A stretch of 64,000 bases of DNA from Bacteroidales bacterium (GCA_038320545.1 JBBQEI010000001.1:4213-68212), one strand, 5' to 3'; counted from the first letter of the stretch, positions 45,988 through 56,109 are shown. Notes: generated by a model from the sequence alone, not told the origin. Translations and numbers: made by a program.

Positions 45988-46111
45988 AAAATCTAAAAAA
46001 GTCTAAATTTTCATTGAAAATAAGTAGATAAAAAATATTTTTTTGCGTAGAAATAAATTCAATTATTTCTTTTCAATTATCATATAAAATATTTTTTGAA
46101 ACGTAGGGAAA

Positions 46112-47221
46112 ATGAAAAAGTGGGCGATTTTGTGTGGCATTGCATTGGCAATGGGGTGTACTTCCAGAACTATGAATCCGGGGTATAAAATTATAGGCAA
46201 CATTTATGGGTTAGGAAACAGTAAGGTTTTGCTTTATAAATATATAAACGAAACCTGGAGTGTTGTTGATTCTGCCGAAAGTAAAAATGGGTCATTTATG
46301 TTTTTTGGAAGGGTTGAGGCTCCCGAAATGTATAAGGTTGAAATTTCCGACACATTACCGGCAATTTCAATATTTATTGAAAATGATGAAATAAATTTAG
46401 TTGCGAAAGTAGATGACCTTAGAAACTACAAAGTTGCAGGTTCTAAATCTCACGAAGAATATGAACGGTTTTGGGGCAAACAAAATATTTATTCCATGAA
46501 GATGGATTCATTGGAGAAAGAGCTGAGTATAGCAAAGCGAGAACATAATAGAAAGAAAGCTGCAATAATCGTCGCTCAGAAAGAATCGCTCTGGAATGCC
46601 GAAATCGAATCCATACGTTATCATGTATTGGAAAACAACTCTTCAGTAGTTTCTGCTTATCTGGCATGGTCCCGCTTAGCCAGTAACTCAAATGTACAGC
46701 AATTGGAAAAAATCACAAAGAGTATAGATATTTCTTTAAATAAAACTCTTTATGTTAAATTATTAAAGAATTACATCGACAAGCTAAAAAGAGTTGAAAC
46801 GGGAAAACCAGCCATTGATTTTACAATGAATAATCAGCAGGGAACGCCTTTAAAACTCTCTTCTCTTTATGGAAAATATCTTCTGATTGATTTCTGGGCA
46901 TCATGGTGTCCCCCATGCCGTGCCGATAACCCTAAAACTGTAGATGTTTTTAATAAATTTAAAGATATGGGTTTTGATATTCTGGGGGTTTCGTTTGATA
47001 AAGACAGTGCAAATTGGCTCAAAGCTGTGAATGATGATAAACTGGCATGGAACCACGTGTCCGATTTAAACGGATGGGGAAATGCAGCTGGTAAAATGTA
47101 CGGTGTACGGAGTATTCCTTCGAATATTTTGCTCGATCCAAATGGAGTAATTGTTGGAAAAAATCTTAAAGGTGAAGAACTTGAAAATAAACTAAAGGAA
47201 ATATTTGATTATGTCAATTGA
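46112..47221 (+). CDS. TlpA/AhpC-TSA-like thiol-disulfide oxidoreductase lipoprotein
   Basis: Lipobox LAMGCTS. The C-terminal thioredoxin fold has LIDFWASWCPPCR, and the N-terminal domain is DUF4369-like. Confidence 0.75.
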   Translation: MKKWAILCGIALAMGCTSRTMNPGYKIIGNIYGLGNSKVLLYKYINETWSVVDSAESKNGSFMFFGRVEAPEMYKVEISDTLPAISIFIENDEINLVAKVDDLRNYKVAGSKSHEEYERFWGKQNIYSMKMDSLEKELSIAKREHNRKKAAIIVAQKESLWNAEIESIRYHVLENNSSVVSAYLAWSRLASNSNVQQLEKITKSIDISLNKTLYVKLLKNYIDKLKRVETGKPAIDFTMNNQQGTPLKLSSLYGKYLLIDFWASWCPPCRADNPKTVDVFNKFKDMGFDILGVSFDKDSANWLKAVNDDKLAWNHVSDLNGWGNAAGKMYGVRSIPSNILLDPNGVIVGKNLKGEELENKLKEIFDYVN

Positions 47222-47230
47222 TATTTGAAA

Positions 47231-47272
47231 GAAACAGACACAAGTATCAAAACACAAGTATCAAGAGAACAA
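47231..47272. repeat. heptad-phased tandem repeat (14-nt unit acacaagtatcaaa x2 plus flanking heptads)
   Basis: gaaacag acacaag tatcaaa acacaag tatcaag agaacaa, starting 10 nt after the stop codon at 47219-47221. Confidence 0.8.
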
Positions 47273-47347
47273 CCAGTTTTTACTACGAGGTTTTAGAAGT
47301 AATTTGATAATTGGTTCTTTATATTTTTAACATTATTGTCCGGCTAA

Positions 47348-47490
47348 AATTTGCCGTCTCTAAGGGACGGCAAATTACAATATAAAACATATTATTTTAC
47401 CGATTTTAAGTCCCATGGGACTGTTCCGCCAGGGACAAAAGGTCGGAAGAAAGAAATAAGCCCGATATTTTCCGTCCTGTAGGGACGAGA
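47348..47490. repeat. cluster of GGGAC-containing hairpins (REP-like) between convergent genes
   Basis: aatttgccgtc tctaagg gacggcaaatt (11-bp stem, 47348-47376), agtcccatgggact (14-nt palindrome, 47409-47422), ttccgcc agggacaaaag gtcggaa, ccgtcctgtagggacg (47472-47487). The first and last share the unit CCGTCyyTrrGGGACG...CAAATTA. Confidence 0.7.
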
Positions 47491-47552
47491 CAAATTAAGG
47501 TTTTCAAGTAAATTAAGTTGTTTTTGCCGGAAAACATTGAGTTGTTTTCAAC

Positions 47553-48509
47553 TCACATTTTTATAATATTATAATTCTTAAATTCACCTAAACGCATCCC
47601 AAATAATATATATTTTTCAATAAAGCTGATAATCCTGTATTTTAGTTTGTTGTGCTTGTCGGGTAGCTTATTAATTGTATGTGGCCCTGAAAACCTAAGC
47701 TGATCTTTCCAGTTCATTTTTTCCAACCATGTATCCATCAATTTGGGGTGGGTACCCTTGTATACCGTTAACGATTTTATATTTCCATAATCGTAGTAAT
47801 CACTTATCAACCCTTTGTTAACGATATCGCTCACATGCTTTTTTCCGTACTTGGTTTCTTTAAATGCTTTCACCTTACTAGATAAGAATTCAGGAGGACG
47901 AACCCATCCATAATGGTAAACCTTTGCTTTAATTTCCACAACATTCAACTTTGAGGTTCCTTCGGTCTGCATAAAATTTTCTCCGTCAAATTCGGGTATT
48001 CTTCGGAAACTTTGGGCATCGCGCCACGAATGGATATTTGGATCGTTCCTTACAATTCTGATTTCTTTTCGGTACCAGGTGTGCGAATCCTGAATATGCT
48101 GATAATCGCCCCAAAAATGTAAATATTTAAATAGAAAACCATCCACTTCGGTTTTGGAGAGATATTTTTGACAGTTTTCCAGAATTACTTTATGGTCTTG
48201 TTCATGAATTAGTTCATCACTCTGAATGTAAAATAGCCAGTCGCCTGTACAATGTTTTTTTGCAATATCAGTTTGACGGGCGAGTTCTGTACCTCCCTTG
48301 TATTTCTCAATATCCCAAATGGTATCTACTATTTTAATTTTCGGGCTTCCTATGCTTCTGATGAGTTCCTCTGAAGTATCGTCTTCGTCGCCTTTTCCCA
48401 AAGCAACTATTAATTCATCTACTAATGGTAAAATTGAAAGAATAGATTCTTTGGCTGGATAATATAATTTTGTGGCATTTCGTACTATTGTAAAACCGCT
48501 AATTTTCAT
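47553..48509 (-). CDS. family 2 glycosyltransferase
   Basis: The N-terminus ISGFTIVRNA....P..ESI.S.LP.VDE.IV and the DxD-like QSDE are GT2/SpsA-like. Confidence 0.65.
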   Translation of the reverse strand: MKISGFTIVRNATKLYYPAKESILSILPLVDELIVALGKGDEDDTSEELIRSIGSPKIKIVDTIWDIEKYKGGTELARQTDIAKKHCTGDWLFYIQSDELIHEQDHKVILENCQKYLSKTEVDGFLFKYLHFWGDYQHIQDSHTWYRKEIRIVRNDPNIHSWRDAQSFRRIPEFDGENFMQTEGTSKLNVVEIKAKVYHYGWVRPPEFLSSKVKAFKETKYGKKHVSDIVNKGLISDYYDYGNIKSLTVYKGTHPKLMDTWLEKMNWKDQLRFSGPHTINKLPDKHNKLKYRIISFIEKYILFGMRLGEFKNYNIIKM

Positions 48510-48549
48510 AAGTTTTTAAATAAAAGAATTCAAAAATAGTTAGTTTTTT

Positions 48550-50766
48550 TCAGAACCAATAACCGATATTGATAAAGCCTGCCAATCTTTTGATGCTGTT
48601 TGATGTCATAAAGGTAATTTCCATTGGGCCGATAACACTTCGGTAACCATACGATATTCCTCCTCCAACTATGATATCTGAAGGATTTATAAGGTTTTTC
48701 GCCGAATTTGCTGCTTTACTTATGTTAGCTTTTAACGAAAAATAATTATTTGTCCATACTTCCATTCTGAGATCAGTTCCAAGTGCCCAAGCATTGGATC
48801 CTGTTTTTTGCATGTATTTTAACCCAACAAATGGAACCAGACCGCGAAGATAAGTACCTCCCATTCCTCCCAGAAAATAGCTGTAATGAACCGGGATCTT
48901 GTCTCTGGAAGAAAAACCAGCGAACATAGAATTGGTTAAGGTAAGTTTTTTGTATAGGGGAATGGCATGTGAAAATTTAAGATTACCCTGAAAAAATCCT
49001 TTTTCGGAATTAATTTTATCGGATAAGCTTTTTACGTATTTTAATTCGGAGTTTAGCCTGATGCCATTATTGGCATAAAAGCTATTATTATAGCTATCGA
49101 ATTTATAAAAAACATGAAAATTGGTGTAAACATAATCGGCTATTGGGAAAGTTGATACGCCAACTTTATTGAAAATTCTGGAATAATCGCCCAAAACACC
49201 TCCGCCAACGGCAGCATTATTCGATAAATTTCCCTGCCAGAAAAAATCCATGGTAAAGTCAAGAAAATCGTAACTGGCAAGTGTTCTGGATTTTTCGTAC
49301 TCAAAAACTTCCATTTTATGTGAATTCACCCGAATACCAAAATCGGGAAACAATTGCTTTTTTCTTGTTTGAATTCTGTCGGGGTTCCAGCCAGGATTAA
49401 GGTATAAAAGTGCACTGAAAGCAATGTTTTCTCCCAGCGCCAGGTCAAGTGATAGTTTGGATCCGGCAGCAAGCAGGTTTCTAAAGGTTGCATTCAATAA
49501 AAGCGCAGTTTTGAAATTTGTATCATAATGGATACCTACTTTGAAAAAATTTGTGTTTCGCTCGGCTATTTCAAGAATAATCTTTGCTCCCTCGTTTAGG
49601 GGTTCCAACCGGTAATTAATTTTATTGAAGAATTGGGTTCCAAAAATGATAGCAATTCTTTTTTCAAGATCATCGAGCGAAATTTCAGAAGGGATTTCAA
49701 TTTTTAGTTTGTTGATTATGAATTCTTTTGGTACATTTTTTAATCCGGTAATTTCAATTTCTTTCACCTGAATGCTTGTAAATCTTACTAATTTCTTGTT
49801 TTTAGGAGGTAAAGGCTGAAACTTTTCAAGAGAATCGACCAGCGCTTTAAGTTTGGGTAGAACCGCCCTTGCTGCTGCTTCTCCGATTGCAATAATAGAA
49901 TCACTTGCATTGTAATTCATCATACTATACTCTTCTAATGAAGGATCAATTAATATATCACATTCATTCCTGCTTTTATCGTTTTCGGTTTTTGTAAATG
50001 TGTAAACGCTTTGGGTTATAATACCCGGAATAGTTCCAAGGGTTTTAAAAGGTTGTGAACGGAACCCTACATCGACTCCAATAATGATATCGGCACCCAT
50101 TTTTTTTACTTCGTTTACAGGGAAGTTATTAAGTATACCTCCATCCACATACATATTTCCATCGATAATTTCGGGGGTAAAAACGGTAGGTATTGCCATG
50201 CTGGCGCGCATAGCCTGTGGTAAATATCCTTCCTTCAGAACTGTTGCTTCAGCTTTTTCAATATCAGTAGCTACACATAAATATGGAATGGGAAATTTGG
50301 AAAAGTCTTTCTCTCTGTATACAGGACTCGCCATCCTGTTCAACAAACCATATATGTTCTGCCCGGATATAGCACCTGAAGGCAAGCCAATTTTCTTTTC
50401 TTTGAATGGGAATGAAACAAAATACTTGGCATTTTCTTCTTTTTCTTCAAACGACAGGTTTCTGCGGTCGATTTGATCCATAAGCAAACTGTCCCAGTTC
50501 ATCGTTGTTGCAAACCTGTTTAATTCTTCTGCTGTATATCCAATGGCATATAATCCACCCACAATACTTCCCATACTGGTACCTCCAATATAGTCGATAG
50601 GAACGCCCGCTTCTTCCAATACTTTAAGTACGCCAATGTGCGCGAGTCCTTTTGCAGCTCCTCCGCTTAAAACCAAACCAATTTTTGGTCGTGGACTATC
50701 GAATTGTTGTGCATATACGGCAGCAGAAATGAATAAAAGAAGAGTTGGTAAAAAGAGAAACCTCAT
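48550..50766 (-). CDS. patatin-like phospholipase fused to POTRA and an Omp85-type beta-barrel (PlpD-like)
   Basis: GGAAKG oxyanion motif, GTSMGS (GxSxG), DGG. The C-terminal barrel ends ...FINIGYWF. I prefer the start at 50766 (MRFLFLPTLLLF, signal peptide) over the track start at 50853. Confidence 0.8.
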   Translation of the reverse strand: MRFLFLPTLLLFISAAVYAQQFDSPRPKIGLVLSGGAAKGLAHIGVLKVLEEAGVPIDYIGGTSMGSIVGGLYAIGYTAEELNRFATTMNWDSLLMDQIDRRNLSFEEKEENAKYFVSFPFKEKKIGLPSGAISGQNIYGLLNRMASPVYREKDFSKFPIPYLCVATDIEKAEATVLKEGYLPQAMRASMAIPTVFTPEIIDGNMYVDGGILNNFPVNEVKKMGADIIIGVDVGFRSQPFKTLGTIPGIITQSVYTFTKTENDKSRNECDILIDPSLEEYSMMNYNASDSIIAIGEAAARAVLPKLKALVDSLEKFQPLPPKNKKLVRFTSIQVKEIEITGLKNVPKEFIINKLKIEIPSEISLDDLEKRIAIIFGTQFFNKINYRLEPLNEGAKIILEIAERNTNFFKVGIHYDTNFKTALLLNATFRNLLAAGSKLSLDLALGENIAFSALLYLNPGWNPDRIQTRKKQLFPDFGIRVNSHKMEVFEYEKSRTLASYDFLDFTMDFFWQGNLSNNAAVGGGVLGDYSRIFNKVGVSTFPIADYVYTNFHVFYKFDSYNNSFYANNGIRLNSELKYVKSLSDKINSEKGFFQGNLKFSHAIPLYKKLTLTNSMFAGFSSRDKIPVHYSYFLGGMGGTYLRGLVPFVGLKYMQKTGSNAWALGTDLRMEVWTNNYFSLKANISKAANSAKNLINPSDIIVGGGISYGYRSVIGPMEITFMTSNSIKRLAGFINIGYWF

Positions 50767-51011
50767 ATTGAAAGAATAAAAAACAAAAATAAATAAATAA
50801 GTACCACATGGATTAAAATCTTCGGATAAAGCATACCATAAAGCAGGTTTCAAACAAGCCCCGAATTAATTACCTGCTTAAGACTATTTACCGGTTTTAT
50901 AAACGAAATTCAATTATGATTATTTTGAACATGTTTGGTTTGGATGAACAGTTCTCTCCTAAGAAACTTTTTTTTCTTACTTTTGTTATTTAAATTTATT
51001 CTAAGGTAATA

Positions 51012-52085
51012 ATGCTTATCGAAATTCTCCGGCAAACCATAATGATAACCAGTCTTGTACTGGTTATGATGTTAATAATAGAATATATCAATGTTGTTTC
51101 GCAGGGACGATGGGGTGAAAACCTGAAAAAATCACGGTTCAGGCAGATCATTGTAGCTTCTTTTCTGGGCTTAATCCCCGGATGCGTAGGTAGTTTTGCA
51201 GTAGTTTCGTTATATACACACCAGGTAGTTGGTTTTGGGGCGTTAGTCGCAAACATGATTGCCAGCTCGGGAGATGAATCGTTTGTTATGTTTTCTCTTT
51301 TCCCTGAAAAAGCCCTGATGTTAAATATAATAATACTTGTTATTGCCATTGCAGTGGGTATTATTGTAAATATATTTATTAAGGGAAATATTGTTAAACT
51401 GAAGGGCAAACCTCATCTTGTGATACATAACCATGAACATGAAGAGCAATCGTTGTCAGTCAGAAATGCACTTAAAGGTCTTCGGAATATCTCTTTTCAA
51501 CGCGCTGTTTTATTAATGGGACTTTTACTTTTTATTTTTGGAATTTTAAGCGGGCAGTTTGAACATGGAGGTTTTAAGATAGAGCAACATGCGGTGGATA
51601 TACATGGACATGAAGAGTCCGGATGGCATTGGGAGGAATTAATGTTTTTAGCTGTGAGTCTGGGAGCACTTTTTTTGATTTTAGTGGTGAAAGAACATTT
51701 TCTCGAAGAACATATTTGGGAACATATCATAAAAAAACATTTTTTAAAAATATTCCTTTGGACCTTCGGGGCTTTGCTGGTAATACACTTCATGATGAAT
51801 TATATCGATCTGGAACATTGGATGAAGACAAATGTTTATACTTTACTGGTTATTGCAGTTCTTGTAGGAATCATTCCAGAATCGGGACCGAACCTTGTTT
51901 TTGTAATTTTCTTCTTTAACGGGACAATGCCCTTTAGCATTTTATTGGCAAATTCTATTGTTCAGGATGGGCATGGAGCTTTACCATTATTAGCCGAATC
52001 GAAAAAATCTTTTTTTCTGATGAAACTGATAAATATGATCGTAGCTTTTTTAGCAGGAATGATTGGATTGTTAATGAATTTTTAA
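51012..52085 (+). CDS. 10-TM putative metal exporter (ArsP_2-like) with His-rich loops
   Basis: The N-terminus MLIEILRQTIMITSLVLVMMLIIEYINV resembles the putative 10TM heavy-metal exporter family. Central loops are HNHEHEEQ and HAVDIHGHEESGWHWEE. Confidence 0.5.
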   Translation: MLIEILRQTIMITSLVLVMMLIIEYINVVSQGRWGENLKKSRFRQIIVASFLGLIPGCVGSFAVVSLYTHQVVGFGALVANMIASSGDESFVMFSLFPEKALMLNIIILVIAIAVGIIVNIFIKGNIVKLKGKPHLVIHNHEHEEQSLSVRNALKGLRNISFQRAVLLMGLLLFIFGILSGQFEHGGFKIEQHAVDIHGHEESGWHWEELMFLAVSLGALFLILVVKEHFLEEHIWEHIIKKHFLKIFLWTFGALLVIHFMMNYIDLEHWMKTNVYTLLVIAVLVGIIPESGPNLVFVIFFFNGTMPFSILLANSIVQDGHGALPLLAESKKSFFLMKLINMIVAFLAGMIGLLMNF

Positions 52086-52126
52086 ATTTTGATTACATCG
52101 ATATAAAAACAATAAATATTTTAACT

Positions 52127-53518
52127 ATGAATTTCGATTTAGTAGTATTAGGTAGTGGTCCCGGAGGTTATGTAGCAGCCATCAGGGCATCGCAACTCGG
52201 ATTAAAAGTTGGTATTATTGAGCGCGAAAACCTTGGAGGAATTTGCCTCAATTGGGGTTGTATCCCAACCAAATCGTTGCTTAAAAGCGCACAGGTCTTT
52301 GAATACATGCAACATGCGGCCGATTATGGCATTTCTATTGAAGGTCAGGCCAAAGCCGACTTCTCAAAAATAATCCAACGTAGCCGTTCGGTTGCCGATG
52401 GTATGAGTAAGGGTGTACAGTTTTTAATGAAAAAAAATAAAATTGAAACCGTAATGGGAACCGGGAAACTGGTCTCGAACAATACTCTTGATGTTACCGA
52501 CAAAGAAGGAAAAACTATACAAGTTACTGCTAAGCATATTATTATTGCCACTGGTGCACGCTCAAGGGAATTGCCAAATTTGAAACAAGATGGCGTAAAA
52601 GTTATTGGTTACCGGGAAGCGATGAATTTACCCAAACAACCTGCATCTATAGTAGTTGTTGGTTCGGGTGCGATTGGAAGTGAATTTGCATATTTTTATA
52701 ACTCAATAGGAACAAAAGTTACCCTGGTCGAATTTCTTCCAAATGTAGTTCCATTGGAAGATGAAGAGGTTTCCAAAGCATTGGAAAGGTCATTTAAGAA
52801 AGCAGGTATGGTTGTATTAACTTCTTCAATTGTCGAAAGTGTTGATTCAACCGGCACTTTATGCAAAGTGAAAATTAAAACACCAAAAGGGGAAGAAATC
52901 CATGAAGCGGAAGTTGTTCTTTCGGCAGTTGGAATTGCTCCAAATATTGAAAATATAGGAATTGAAGAGTTGAAAATCGAACTGGACAAAGGAAGAATAA
53001 AAGTTGATGAATTCTATCGCACAAATGTTGAAGGTGTATATGCAATTGGTGATATCATTGCGACTCCAGCACTTGCGCACGTTGCTTCAGCTGAAGGTAT
53101 TACCTGCGTTGAAAAAATTGCCGGATTAAACCCTCATCCCATTAATTACAAAAATATTCCCGGTTGCACATATACTTCTCCTGAAGTAGCATCGGTAGGT
53201 CTCACCGAAAAAGCTGCCCGCGATGCCGGTTATGATATTAAAGTAGGTAAATTTCCATTGTCAGCCTCCGGAAAAGCAAGCGCTGCCGGTGCAAAGGAGG
53301 GTTTTGTGAAAATGATTTACGATTCCAAATATGGTGAACTTTTGGGAGCTCATTTAATTGGATATAATGTTACTGAAATGATTGGTGAAATAGTAGTGGC
53401 AAGAAATCTGGAAACTACCGGACATGAAATAATTAAATCAATTCATCCGCACCCAACCATTTCTGAAGCTATTATGGAAGCTTCAGCAGCTGCATACGGT
53501 GAAGTAATACATATATAA
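52127..53518 (+). CDS. lpdA: dihydrolipoyl dehydrogenase (E3)
   Basis: GSGPGGYVAAIRA, redox-active GGICLNWGCIPTK, NAD-binding VVGSGAIGSEFA, C-terminal HPHPT.SE. Confidence 0.9.
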   Translation: MNFDLVVLGSGPGGYVAAIRASQLGLKVGIIERENLGGICLNWGCIPTKSLLKSAQVFEYMQHAADYGISIEGQAKADFSKIIQRSRSVADGMSKGVQFLMKKNKIETVMGTGKLVSNNTLDVTDKEGKTIQVTAKHIIIATGARSRELPNLKQDGVKVIGYREAMNLPKQPASIVVVGSGAIGSEFAYFYNSIGTKVTLVEFLPNVVPLEDEEVSKALERSFKKAGMVVLTSSIVESVDSTGTLCKVKIKTPKGEEIHEAEVVLSAVGIAPNIENIGIEELKIELDKGRIKVDEFYRTNVEGVYAIGDIIATPALAHVASAEGITCVEKIAGLNPHPINYKNIPGCTYTSPEVASVGLTEKAARDAGYDIKVGKFPLSASGKASAAGAKEGFVKMIYDSKYGELLGAHLIGYNVTEMIGEIVVARNLETTGHEIIKSIHPHPTISEAIMEASAAAYGEVIHI

Positions 53519-53543
53519 GATAATCTGAATCAATTATAAATGG

Positions 53544-53582
53544 AAAAACCACCTTTGCTTTCGCTTGGGTGGTTTTTTTTAC
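53544..53582. terminator. bidirectional rho-independent terminator
   Basis: aaaaaccacct ttgctttcgct tgggtggttttttttt, between the convergent lpdA and serpin genes. Confidence 0.75.
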
Positions 53583-53612
53583 TAACCTATTTAAACCTAT
53601 CAAAAACCCATC

Positions 53613-54842
53613 TTAATTTTCTATAACCGGCTCATTCAAGATGCCCATAAATAATAATGCATTGCTTTCTTTTTCCCTGATAACAAAAATAAAAGGTATA
53701 TCCGCTTTAAATGTCAAAGCATCCGGTCCAACTGAAGTAACCCCGATTTCAACTGCTGTAACTGCAGCAGCTTCTGTTCCTTCTTCGTTTACATCAACAT
53801 AGGTCTTATGCAAAACTTTCGAAACATAAAGATCTGCCTCACTATTAATTCCCGATAAATCAGCATTATCTGTAAACATGATAGGCATTCCAAGTGCCGA
53901 TAAATCGTTGTTCAATAATTTTTTATAAGCAAATTTAAATTTCGGAAGGTAGATTTTCTTGTTTGCTTTGCCTAGACTATTGTTCCATGTAGCCCAGTTT
54001 TGACCATTCATAGCCGCCAGAATATCTTTGTAAGTCTTTCCTTCGTTTGGTAAAAGTACCATCATGCTAAAATTGCCATCGCCATAAGGTAAATTAACAG
54101 CCTCTAATAAATTGTTTTGGAAATATTCAAACGATCCTTCCTGAATCATAAAATCAACTTGCTTTTTATTTCCACTGCTTAAGGTGAAATCTAGCTTTTG
54201 TGTTTTGGCTTTATCAAATTTATATTGCCAAATCCCTTTAAAATATATGGCATTGATAAGGTACATTACCACATTATCAGGAATTTCATCAATGATACTT
54301 TCGATTTTTTTGTGTGTTTTATCACTTACCCATGAATTTATTAATCCAATAGTGGACTGATCAAAACTTGCAGAACGAACATCAGCATTTAAATAATCTT
54401 TGTTTGTTGCCAAAAAGCTTTGTTTTACTTCAAAATCATTTTTATACCAAATAGAATTTGCAATCTCCATCACAACTTTTGGATCCGCTTTCATTAATGC
54501 TTTTATTAAATCGCGGTTCGCAATATTTACCTGTTCATCACTCAATCCAACATATCCAAGTCCCTGGGTTAATTCATCCTTAGTCGTCCTTGCCGCTCCA
54601 TTGTATAACATGCTTAAAGCAAGTGAAATACTTAAGGGTGAAACAAATACATTTTCGCCTGTTTCAGCTATGGTTGCCACCTGTTTAAATATTTCAAGTC
54701 CAAACGAATTGGATGAAGCAACAATTTGTTTTTGATCAGTTGTGAGGATTATAGGATCCTTGCTCACTGTTGAGTCTTGTTTGTCGCAAGCCTGGAAAAC
54801 TAACATCGACAAACTGAAAATGAATAATAATTTATATTTCAT
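53613..54842 (-). CDS. serpin (serine protease inhibitor) lipoprotein, intact copy
   Basis: Lipobox VFQACD. Serpin blocks: NVFVSPLSISLALSMLYNGA, YLINAIYFKGIWQYKF, hinge EEGTEAAAVTAV and PFIFVIRE. Confidence 0.85.
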   Translation of the reverse strand: MKYKLLFIFSLSMLVFQACDKQDSTVSKDPIILTTDQKQIVASSNSFGLEIFKQVATIAETGENVFVSPLSISLALSMLYNGAARTTKDELTQGLGYVGLSDEQVNIANRDLIKALMKADPKVVMEIANSIWYKNDFEVKQSFLATNKDYLNADVRSASFDQSTIGLINSWVSDKTHKKIESIIDEIPDNVVMYLINAIYFKGIWQYKFDKAKTQKLDFTLSSGNKKQVDFMIQEGSFEYFQNNLLEAVNLPYGDGNFSMMVLLPNEGKTYKDILAAMNGQNWATWNNSLGKANKKIYLPKFKFAYKKLLNNDLSALGMPIMFTDNADLSGINSEADLYVSKVLHKTYVDVNEEGTEAAAVTAVEIGVTSVGPDALTFKADIPFIFVIREKESNALLFMGILNEPVIEN

Positions 54843-54896
54843 GGCTTTAATCTTTTTTATTTAGATGAGCTAAACACTTATAAGTTGCGTTGTATC

Positions 54897-56109
54897 TTAA
54901 TTTTTTAATGGATTTTTTAAGATTCCCATAAATAGAAGGGTATTTGTGTCTTTTTCCTTTATTATAAATATGAAAGGTTTGTTTGCATTAAATGCCAGAT
55001 TATCAGGTAAATTTGTTTTAATAATTTCAACAGCTGTAACAGCAGCAGCTTCTGTGCCTTCTTCATTTACTTCCACAAAAGTTTTGTGTAAAACACGCGA
55101 AACAGCTAAATTGTCTGTATTACTTATTCCCGATAAATCAGCATTTAAAAACATACTCGACATTCCTAATGCTATTAAATCCCGGTTTAATTTCTTAAAA
55201 TACCCAAACTTAAATTTAGGAATAGAGACATTAACATTGTGTTTTAAAAGCTGTTCATTCCATTCTTTCCATTTTGTATCGTTTAATGAATTTAAAATAT
55301 CATGGCAGGTTTTATTTTCATTGGGTAGTAAAATGAGCATACTGTAGTTTCCTTCTCCGTAGGGCAGATCTATTGCTTTAAACAAATCGTTTTGAAAATA
55401 TTCAAAAGTGCCGGTTTGAGTCATGAAATCAGTAGTGACTTTTTCTTCAGATGACACGTTGAAATCGAGTTTTGTAGTATTTTTACCCTCGAACTGGTAT
55501 TTCCAGATTCCTTTAAAGTAAATGGCATTTATTAAATACATTACCACACCTCCGGGAATTTTATCCAATATTTCCGTAATTTTTTGATTTGTATTATATG
55601 AAACCCAATTGTTGATCGAATCTTTAGTAGCAGTATCAAATTTACCGGGAAATACCCCGGCTTTAAAATAATCTTTATTAATTGCAATAAAGCCTGGTTT
55701 AACAATCGTATTTATACCAGATTGAGTTAGCTATTTGCATATTTACTTTAGGATCTGCTTCTATCAGGGCTTTTATCAAATCACGGTTGGCAATATTAAC
55801 CTGTTCGTCGGTAAGGCCTTCATATCCTAATCCTGATCTTAATTCATCTTTGGTTATAGATGCCGATCCGTTGTAAAGCATCGTTAAAGCAAGCGAGATG
55901 CTCAATGGAGAAATAAATACGTTTGTATCGTTCTGGGTATTTTTTGCAACTTCTTTAAATATATTAAAACCAAAAATATTCGAGGAGTTTACAAGCTGTT
56001 TTTGATCGGTTGTCAGTCGAATTGGATCTTTAATAATTTGTGATTCCCTTTCGCAAGAAACTATTAAAATAAAGATGAAAATGGATGCTAGGGCAATGAA
56101 TTTTTTCAT
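54897..56109 (-). pseudogene. second serpin copy, disrupted by a frameshift (5-nt deletion relative to its paralog)
   Basis: Track ORFs 55699..56109 (N-terminal 136 aa) and 54897..55568 (C-terminal 223 aa) are the two halves of one serpin. The reading frame changes at ~55701-55705: the paralog reads tat aaa aat gat ttt gaa gta aaa, and this copy reads tat aaa tac gat t gtt aaa. Confidence 0.75.

Noticed and set aside
47348-47490. CRISPR-like array of palindromic repeats
   Set aside because: The repeats are few, of unequal length and irregularly spaced, and no cas genes occur in the window. I interpret them as REP-like hairpins.
50854-51011. Possible Mn (yybP-ykoY) or other metal riboswitch upstream of the putative metal exporter
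   Set aside because: The leader is AT-rich with no conserved riboswitch blocks and no convincing multi-stem structure.
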